From Paragordius varius (Eukaryota > Animalia > Nematomorpha): a DNA stretch of 64,000 nucleotides. The notes below the pieces were generated by a model. It was not told where the DNA came from. It did not search any database and saw only the letters and a program-made list of their open reading frames with translations. Location: the NCBI GenBank assembly GCA_964247055.1, contig OZ176055.1:7316001-7380000 (forward strand). Direction: 5' to 3'. Below are positions 12,486-22,687 of this stretch, one piece after another; the first letter of the stretch is position 1; each line of letters begins with the position of its first letter. A program made the translations under genes and the position numbers.

Positions 12486-13553
12486 TCAGCAATTATCAAT
12501 AGATTTGTAATGATCTTCATCGATAGTATTGAATATGTGGCCTTCATTATTTAAAAATTCCAATTCTTTCCTATATATATATATATATGTAAGTTAAAAT
12601 TAGTTATAATTATTATAAATTACACAGACACAAACACACATATATATAATTATAAAATGAATGAAATAGAAATACTCATAAATTTTTTTAAAAATTTCTA
12701 TATACACTTCAAATTTAGCCAAACTCGAAAAAGTGCAAGAGGCATATGAAAAATGAAATTAAAAATTCTATTGTATTCTTTAAATTTAGTCAAAATGAAA
12801 AAAGCGCAGGATGGATATGATAAATAAAATTAAATGTTATATAATTTTGTGATATTATTCTTATTTTTAGATTGTCTTTTTCCCAGACCCCATTTAAATA
12901 TTAAATTCTTGAGTTTTAAATAAACTAACTTTTAATTACAAGTAATTATTTGGTAGCCAATATTTATGCGGTATCAAATTATGTGAAAATAATGCTTTTA
13001 TAAGTTTAAAGTACCCTTACAAAAACACAATACAAAAAGTCTTATAACTGGAGTAAACCAAATAATACACTAACTTATAAACAAATTTTTTATGAATTTT
13101 ATCTTAAACTCAAAATAGCTATTAAGATAACACTTTTTGCGTCTGCCAATAATAAAAAATATCTGGTTTACTATGTTAAATTTTTAAAGTTATATGAAAT
13201 TAGAGTAGTATTATGCGCGCGAATATTGAAGTTATTTGCATCTAATTGTGTATGGGAAAATTTTTTATACTTTTATATAAAAAAAAGGCGTTTTCACAAA
13301 CTCAAACTAAAAAAGGGTGACAAACATTTAAATTTAAACAATTAATTGGAAAAATGAAATCGTTATCTATGTTATACCGTATATTATCTATGGGGACATT
13401 TGGCATTTGTCGTTTAATATCATGCAAAGATGCGCCTTCTTCTGTTCGATTCATTGAAATGACTTTAATTATCTAAAACAAATATAAAATTAAAATATTA
13501 ACGAAAAAAAGTATAAAAATTTGACAAAACACTTTTTTAATACATTTTGGCAT

Positions 13554-13599
<46 letters not shown>

Positions 13600-15676
13600 A
13601 TTATAAAAAATGCATAAATATAATTTCATCTCTATATCGAGGAATTAAAAATGGGTCATTAGCGCAAAACCATAAAAAAGAATAATAAAATTGTAGTATT
13701 TCACATAAAACGAGAATAAATTATCAAGGTTATTTTTGCCGTTTTTTTCCATTCTACCGATTTTTGTAATAATAAAATCGGCTAAACAAAATTATTTATA
13801 TCCAAAAATAATAAATTTATTAGATTACAATTTTTTTGATTTTCTGTGGTTTTTATAATGATAAAAAATAACCTGAATAGCTAACGGTTTTAAACCTGAG
13901 TATCCTTGCGTAAATGTATTATTGATCATAGAATCCTCCATAAGATTACTGTCCATACCTGGAAAAATTTATAGGATAAAATTTTCTGATTAAAAATTTT
14001 TGTTGGCCATCATAATACTTTAATATAAATATTAATTTAATACAAATAAATGTATTTAATTTAAAAGTTTTTTCTAGGCACACTAATACTTATTTTAGGG
14101 GAGATATATTATTATAGGTATTGTACAGTAAATTTAATAACGTTGGAATACACATAGTTCCTTTTCAAATGACAAAAATTCTAACAATTTCGTATTAAAT
14201 AATGATAAAAATACTAAAACCATTATTAGATGGATCATTAAACGGTTGTCGGGAATTAAAGGTATTATCATTATTATGATTGTCGCACATAGCTTTGAGT
14301 TTAGCGTTGGCATACGTTATTTCCAACATATGCAGAGTTAATTCATTCATATCCGTTATCGGTAAGATTTTGAAAGCCAAAACACTCTTTTTACCATTAA
14401 AACTTCGAATGGTTCCAAACACGCGAATGTACGAGTTTTCAGGGTACACAACATTTTTATCTGAGGAGCCACCAAAATCATCGCTAGAATCCTATATATA
14501 CCATTTACAATTCAAATTCACCCTAAAACAATTCAAATTCACCCTTGAACAATTCGAATTCACTCTCGAACAATTCAAATTCACCCTTGAACAATTCAAA
14601 TTCACCCTCAAATAAATTATATGTTTTTTGAGATAAAAAATTTCCAATATATTTTTTATAGTTTTAAAAAATAAAATTTTGTTTTAAATTAAAATAATAC
14701 TGAAAAGTAATAAACTATGCCATAAAGATATATTTCATATTAATAGTTATATTAGTTCGAAAACACATAATTTATTTTTAGGGTTAATTTGAATTGTTCG
14801 AGAGTGAATTTGAATTGTTCAAGGGTAAATTTGAATTGTTCGAGAGTGAATTTGAATTGGAGGGGGAATTTGAACTGTAAATGGTATATATGCATAAGGA
14901 AAAAAGCGATATTTAACACTTGTAATTTTTAAGTGGTGGGTGTGTTATATACAGAGCAAAAATTATTTGAATGCTTATCTTGTGATAAAGTAAACAAACT
15001 TTATTTATTAAGGGACTCTATTATATCCACAAAAACCAAAGATTCATATTATAAGTCTCAAAATATATCAATGTAATTTAAGTAATATCGCATTTTTCAA
15101 AAAATGATGTATAAAAAGTATAAAAACCTATTTGCTGAAATAAAGTATGAGATTAAGGATTGTAGTTGGCATTTTTTAATTTATATTGAGTTAATAGTAA
15201 AAAATATTTTATCGTCCGTTTTTAATGATTTTGTAATGCTATAAATATAATGATTAAGGATAACTAGTTAAATCGATATATAAAATATTAGTAAAAACTT
15301 TAGTATCTATCCATTTTTTAACTTCTATAGTAGGTCCGCTCATATCATCCACATCATAAGTAATGATAGTTGGACTTTCTTTTACCGATTTAATTTTTCC
15401 AACGATTGTAATCTAATTTAAATAAAATGCATTTGTACTGAAAAGATTTAACAACATTTTTTTAAAGCACCTTATCTTAAAAATTAACCTGATGTATTTC
15501 TATATCACCAACCATCAAATTCTCACGAGTTGAATCCAAAGCCAAAATAGAGGCAACGGTACAAGGTAAAAGGTTTTGATTCATAATACGAGACTAATAT
15601 TATTTTAGATTATTACCTTTCCCGAATCTGATGTCATGTTATGGGACGTATTTAAGAAGCCGGCCGATGAATTCAT
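12486..15676 (-). CDS. RPA2: Replication protein A 32-kDa subunit (271 aa; start codon less certain than the rest)
   Basis: complement(join(12486..12570,13378..13472,13873..13958,14221..14491,15299..15412,15489..15593,15617..15676)), 816 nt, all introns GT-AG. OB-fold motifs LLPCTVASIL, ITIVGKIK...YDVDDMSG, YIRVFGTIRSFNGKKSVLAFKILPITDMNELTLHMLE. Winged-helix C-terminus LEFLNNEGHIFNTIDEDHYKSID. Confidence 0.95.
13557..13597. repeat. (TA)n microsatellite (similar tracts at ~5072, 8170, 33182, 60548, 63866)
   Basis: Uninterrupted TA dinucleotide run. Confidence 0.95.
14499..14886. mobile_element. 21-bp-repeat MITE (copy 2) in an RPA2 intron
   Basis: Same TACCATTTAC / GTAAATGGTA termini with flanking TA. 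The source of the spurious LQFKFTL-repeat ORF 14280..14615. Confidence 0.85.
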
Positions 15677-16018
15677 AATATCTTAAAAATTTATGATAAG
15701 CGCCAAATTAAACCCTCGATATATTTTAAAAAAGTATTAATGTGAGCTTACGAATGCCTGAAAATTAAACCATGTGTTAGTTTTTTTTTAAATTTACTTT
15801 TTACAGTGCAATCAGGTAAAAGTCTGTTTAAACCAGTTTTATGGTGTTACCTGAGTCGATCTCATTTTTTTATTTCTCCTTTTCGCTTTACTATTTTATC
15901 ACATAGTTTAAGACGATTAAAAAATTTATTAACACATAATAAATTTAATCAATTATTATTTTATCCGAATTATAATCACGCTCAATTTTTAAGTTATAAC
16001 AAATTTATCCGAAGAAAT
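15677..16018. promoter_or_regulatory. Head-to-head RPA2/FPGS intergenic region, probable bidirectional promoter
   Basis: Only 342 bp separate the two divergent ATGs (15676 and 16019). No TSS data, so promoter function is inferred from geometry. Confidence 0.6.
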
Positions 16019-19000
16019 ATGCAGAATGGTTATTCCAAACATTCTTACGAAGTTTTGACACCCTTTTTCATTCTCTATTCTAGGAAGCAATATTGTGTTT
16101 GAATAAACTGCAAACTAATAAAGACGTTTTGGATGAAATCCGAAAGCACCAGGACAGTTATGCTCTCTTCAATCTTCCAAAAATCAAAAACATTTTTGAA
16201 CGGCTGAAAATTCCCGTATATAATTTTATCATTCTCCCATATTTTTTAGATCAATGAATTGAACAAATTAAATGTAATTCATGTGGCCGGGACTAAAGGA
16301 AAGGGTTCTACTTGTACATTTACGGAACATATTTTAAGGAATCATGGTTACAAAACTGGATTATTTAGGTTTTTTTGAATTTATGTTGTAAATTCTAAAC
16401 TTTTTTGGGTTTTTTTTATCAATAATATAATTTACTTATTACCCACAAACGCTTTTTAGTTCTCCTCATGTTGAAACTATTCGTGAACGTATCAAAATAA
16501 ATGGGCGTAATATTGATAAAAATATGTTTACCACCTATTTTTGGCGCATATACTATGAACTGTTAAAGACTCAGGTAGAAATTTATATTAAATTTCAATT
16601 AATTACTAAATTTTTTCATTATTATATAAATGTTTAAATATTTTTTTAGGGAAATACGCATAATTATATACCCTCATTTTTCCAATTTCTGACGTGCATG
16701 GCCTTATACATATTCCTGAAAGAAAAGGTTTATTCAATACATTTTTGCCTTAAAAAAGGAGAATTTAGAATAATAAATACTTTTATGATTAGGTTGATGT
16801 TGCGATTTTAGAGGTTGGGATTGGTGGACAATATGACTCAACAAATATTATTGAGTATTTATATATTATTTTTAATATAGCCATATTCACTTTTTTTTAT
16901 TAAAAAATAGTTAAAAAAGGTAAATCATGATAAAAGGAAAATAGAATTTTTAGGCAACTATTATTTGAAGGATTTGTTTCCAGTTTCGATTCCTACATTC
17001 TTTTTTTTTAATAGAGCGCTTCTAACTCAATGATTTTATGAAAGTTTTTTTGTTGTGGTTGCATTTTATTTATCTACAAGCCCATACTTTATTATATCAT
17101 CCTCTTAATTATTAGCACTAAATTTTATTAAGGGTAACTTTTTCCAAAACCACCCTAAACAAATTATAAAATAAAAGGCCATAATGAAATGATTAACCAT
17201 TATATTTAATTTGTTCTAAAAAGAAATTTTGATAAATCAATTTTACAACTGCGATTTCGGTTGGAGATAGATGTTCAAAATTTTCGTAACCGTTGTGCTA
17301 TGGTTTCCCTCATATAAAAACAGTTCCAACTTACCACTATATCTCTCACGTTTGTTTTTTTCTGTTACAACTTAAGCAAATATTTTTCAACTTTATTTTA
17401 TATTTTTTACAAAATCACCGTATTATTCTTTTGATGTTTAAGCGTATGATTGTGTTAGATATCTTTAAATAACGTGTATCATATACTGTACCTTTGCCAA
17501 AAATGTTAAATTTTTTGAATGTTATGGCGATCATTCAATTAGCAATTGTAATACCTGAGGTTAGCGCTTAATAAATGTTTTAACGCATAAAACATAATAT
17601 CATTTGTGATGTTTTTGTTTTCATAGTTAATATATTTAAAATTGGCACACGCAAAGATTTTATGTCCAGATATTTTCAAGTTAGAAAACATCAATTATAA
17701 TTGTTAAAAATGTTAAATCGATTATTTTTGAAATGTATAATTACACGTAGTTCGGTCGCAATTGATGTAATTGCCAATCGGTAATGTCAGTAAGATATGA
17801 TACGATTAAGGAAATAGAAAGTTTTTTTTAATCTATATAACATAACTTTTAATATTTTTATAAAATCAAAAATATCTAAAAGCATTTTTGACTTGTATTT
17901 GACTGATGTAACCAACCACTTATTAATACCCCAAAATCAAAAAATTTATCAATCAAAATTAAAATACTAGTGTCATAAAAAATTACAATTTTAGTGTTTG
18001 TATAGAATCTTAAAAAAATATTTTTTTTCATAAAATTAATATTTTTATCATTTATAGCTATTTATCCATAAAAATATGTAAAAATATATTTGGGTGTTTT
18101 TTAAATCGGTCAAATAAAAATTGATATCATATGGATAGAACGTAAAAATATAAATACAAATATTTTTTTCAAAAGACTCGTGTTATAAACTTGATTTTTT
18201 TGAATATAACTTATTTATTTAACCATCGCAAGTAGTGGTTATATAGTCAATCATATATTTTAGAATTGTAATAATACAATTTATATAGCAAAAATTAAGG
18301 TTGTGAAAAAAAATTATTATATTTTAACCTTTTGTCCGTATATAATTTAAAATCTTACTTTAATAAATTCTTAACTTCTCTGGCATAACCCTATCTATAA
18401 TGTGTAGAATAAACGTTTGAGCGTTAGAATAAAAAATGATTATAAAAGAGAAATGTGTGACACAAATGGCTTTATGAGACGCATTTTTGGATTACAAAAT
18501 CCGGTGGTTTGCATTTGAAAAATACGTGGGCATTAACAAATATTTTATTGGATATTAGACTTAGGAAACTCAAAAAACTATTTATTTTAACACTTTTTTG
18601 CTATTTCATTGTCAAAATTTGTTAAGATTTATCGGTAAAATTGTTAAAAAAATATTTTTCTTAGATTTCGTAAAATTTTATATTTAGAATTTTTCGTGTG
18701 CCACGGAAATATTTTTGAGAACCGCATGTAAAACAACCCTAGTTTAAAATATTAGAGTTTTCACTTTTTGCCCGATTTCAATTTTCTCCCAATATTTCAA
18801 AAAATAGGTTGTCAACAAATAAAAATTTTTGCGGCAAACGAATACGCTGGTCATAAGTTATCTCATGAAAAAAAATTTTCCGTTAAAATCTTTTTTGCAC
18901 ACAGTATATTTATGTATGTACAAAGTCAGACCAACTTTTTTTATGATATGCGTAGAAAACCCATAGCATGTGGCATAACATCGATTGGTATAGATCACGT

Positions 19001-22000
19001 TTCTATATTGGGTGATACTCACGCTAAAATAGCTTGGCACAAGGCTGGAATCATTAAAGTATAGTAGTAGAATAATAAATTTGGTCTTGAGTAAATCAAA
19101 CACTTTGTAAGGATGAAAAAGTATTATTTATTTTTATTTCATATTATTTTAGCCTGGAGTTCCATCTTTTACGGTAATGCAACATCCGGAAGCTATGAGG
19201 GTCTTACGAAGACGTGCTCGAGAGAATAAAGTTTTTTTCTAATATTTCCTTATCTAAGGACAAAAAAAATACTTTTTGAGTAATTTGGTATAAAATTTAA
19301 GGATCGGTAAAGATTTTTTTGATATATCTACTATTACTTTACAGTTTGCAACTTTTTGTATTAATCCAACAAGCAAAAGATTCGTTCTTATATACTGGTA
19401 TAATTATTATTTTACGCCTTCCATAAGGGCTTATTTGGAAAATATTTTTTTAATAATTTAAAAATGTGCTTATATTAGCGCCAATATGCCTTTTTACTAT
19501 TTGGTTCAACCATCTAATATGGTTTACAAAAAACAATAAAATCATTAAATTATTCTAACCATAATTCCGCTCTAATATGCAACAAGTTAAGGTATTTCAC
19601 ACCTTTTTAAGTTATAAGCCTTTGAATGATTTAACAAAATTTTACAATACAGTGGTGCTAATTGAGTATTTTTATCAAATAACTTTATACCTTGTGTAGA
19701 GTATATTACAATTATCGCCGCCACTTGATACCTATCATGATATGGATGATCCAACTCAAAATTTAACTGTGTCTCTTAATGGGTTCGGTTCGGTTTCAAC
19801 GACCACAAATGGTCACACTAAAACAACAAACTGTCAAACAAATGGACTTTTAATTTCCAAAAATAATCAATTCAATAATTCTCACAATGAAAACTCTAAA
19901 AATTGTAATGGTTTTGACCACTCTTCAGTCATTGCCTCAACGAATGACATATTCCGTATAAATGCATCACTTGCTATACAAATGGCTAATGCTTTTATCA
20001 CGGCCACCTCAAGTATGCCATCTACAGTTTAAATTCACATTCGAACAATTTAAATTTACATTCTACCAATTTAAATTCACCTAAAAATAAATTATGGGTT
20101 TTTGAACCATTATAACTCATTATTAATATGAAATATATCTTTATGGCATAAATTATCATTTTTCAGTATTATTTAAACAAAATTTTATTTTTAAAAATAT
20201 ATTAAAATATAGGTAATTTTTAATCTTAAAAATAGTATAATTTATTGAGGGGGAATTTGAATTGTTCGCGGGTTAATTTGAATCGTTTAAGAGCGAATTT
20301 GAATTGTAATTGGTATATTATGAAGATTTTTGTGTTTCTAGATCAGTGGTGGTGTACAACACAAGTGGCTTTGCTGACCGCATTCAAAAAATATATGGAC
20401 GTTAACAAATATTTTATTAAATTTTAAACATATGACTGTAAAATTAGTATTTATTTTAACCATTTTTGCGAGTAAAAATCAATTCCACTTAGTTTTCGTG
20501 AAATTTTGTATTTGTAATTTCTTAGAATTATTTTGGAGTGCCGCATGTTGGACACCCCTGTTATAGATAAAAGAGAAAAAAGGTTTCTCAAAAAGTTTTA
20601 TAAAAATATGTTAGTATATAATCAACAACGATTAGAATTGGAACCGCGCTTGGTTTTATTTTTTTTTATTCATCAGAAACATTAAACATTTTTTAATCAA
20701 TATTGTTTCGTTTATGTTTTGTGGCTTTTGAATTTATACAAATAATTATAAATTTTTTAATTTTTTCCCACTAAATCAGAAATTTTTTTCGCAAAAACTT
20801 ATCTTAGCCTAAACATATGTTGGGATTAAAGATAATTGAAAGTAAAACAGTTTAGATTACACTCCCATAACTTTGTGTATCATCAAGCCCTTTTAATAGA
20901 TTTTTTAATTTTTAACCATAAATACTTTATAGTTACCAAGGCAGGATAATTATTTTATGAGATTTTTATTTGTTCATAGATCGAGATGGCGATAAACTTA
21001 ATGAAATCATGAATGATGATGAAAATAATACTTATAACAGTTACGACTTTGATCTTATCAGACAACATGCCAAGGAAGGGAATCAAAGTTTAGATGAACA
21101 AATTGCTGAATATGCCAGAAATGCTGTTTGGTATGATTCTGCTCAAGATGATGAATTACCAGCTTTGGCGCCCACGTTTCCTCTCAATCGTGCCTACATT
21201 AATGGTAAGTTAATAATAAACTATTCTAGGTATTTGACTGTGTACAGTAAACCCGCCCCCCTCTAATGAGTTTTTTTAGATTAATAGCGCTTAGAAAAAT
21301 TACCCAATTATTTTTTCCCACAATCTAGGTCATTTAGGTAGGGGGTGTTCATTGTATACCCCAAAAATTCAAAAGTATATAACGTATTGTAAGATATTTA
21401 TGTCAATTGTTGTGCTCTATTTAGCTCTTGAAACTTGTAAATTGGATGGTAGAACACAAGTCATACCTTTCAACGGACTTAAGTTGTATTTGGATGGAGC
21501 ACATACACAAGAAAGCATAGAGGTAACGTTAAAAAAATCAACTCTTTTTACTTTATTTTTTATATAAAATTATTTTTGCTAATTATTATTAGTATTCTAC
21601 TGAATGGTTTACACAAATGGTTGAAACAGAAGAACATCTTTGCAATAAATCGAGTAACAAATATGCACTTATTTTCAATTGCACTGGAGACCGGGACCCT
21701 AAAACATTGCTCAAACCACTTAAAGTATTGCATCTATTCAAAACAAATATAATAATTTTTGTGCCCCATAATTTTTTATTTATATTTTTTTAAAAAATTT
21801 TAGAACTTTCCATTTTCATTGGTGCTTTTTTGTCCAAACATTAGGGATCATGGGACCCCTAACATAGGTATTAAACCTTTTAGTAGTTTTATCAAATAAT
21901 ACTGCATTTCATTTTACACATTTTTCACGGTTTTTTTCCATTGAAACACCTTTAAACGCTAACGTTTTACATTTCTATGCCGTATATAGAATGTTTCAAT

Positions 22001-22357
22001 GTGACGCTTGATAAAACGCAACAAATGCAAGCATGTATCCGAAATTGTAACATTTGGAATGAAATGAACAAAGATTTGAATCAATCTTGTGGTGATTTGA
22101 ATAAACCTAAACTCAAAGGTGTTGAAGGGAAAGACACATTTTTATGTTGGGACGATGAAAGGCCAAAGCCAAATTTTCTGTTGGATAATAGAGTTTTATC
22201 TTCAACGGCAAGTACGAACGAGGTGGTAGATTGTGTTGATCATGCCATAAAAGCTTGTCAAACACACAATATAAGCCACGTTTTTATCACGGGAAGTTTA
22301 TACTTGGTCGGAGCTGTGCTGCAATATGTTAAAATTCATCGAAAACAAGCGATTTAA
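16019..22357 (+). CDS. FPGS: Folylpolyglutamate synthase (639 aa, 14 exons)
   Basis: join(16019..16051,16084..16215,16250..16368,16460..16574,16650..16727,16793..16854,18956..19058,19153..19230,19700..20012,20980..21204,21425..21522,21593..21724,21804..21867,21990..22357) = 1920 nt in frame. Motifs: P-loop [72 protein letters not shown]. Confidence 0.96.
18765..18907. mobile_element. Terminal arm fragment of the foldback element family, in FPGS intron 6
   Basis: Matches the right arm of the element at 60594-61797 (GCTGGTCATAAG.TATCTCAT...TTTTTTG.ACACAGT). Confidence 0.6.
20016..20315. mobile_element. 21-bp-repeat MITE (copy 3, more diverged) in FPGS intron 9
   Basis: Left end TGCCATCTACAGTTTAAATTCAC, right end GAATTTGAATTGTAATTGGTA|TA. 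The left TA is positions +2/+3 of the intron donor GTA. Confidence 0.75.
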
Positions 22358-22687
22358 ATGGGACCAATTATATATATTTGAATTTTATATATTTTTTTAG
22401 ACTTTGAAAAGAAAAGATTTTAATGTTAAAAAATCATGGAAATCTTGTAAATGTGTTTCTTAATCGTTTTTTATTCATGTTTTGCCTATAAAATAATGAA
22501 TGGTATTGTTTAACAATTAATCAAACTAATTAATACTTATAGTTTTATAGATTATATGCAAAATATAGTTTTTTTGGAATTATTGTCCTCACCAAAGTAT
22601 TATTTTGTAAAACGACATTTATATTAATTTACGAATGAATAAATGAAATTATATGGCAAAATATTGTATAAAAACTTATGTAATAAC

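Noticed and set aside
15752-15773. Stop-codon reassignment to rescue ATG GTT TAA as RPA2 exon 1
   Set aside because: TAA terminates FPGS, the neuropeptide and both secreted-protein genes in this window, so the standard code applies.
21443-21454. LDGR in place of the usual WPGR motif as a sign of inactive FPGS
   Set aside because: The Gly-Arg core and all other catalytic motifs are intact, and the first positions vary among FolC/FPGS homologues.
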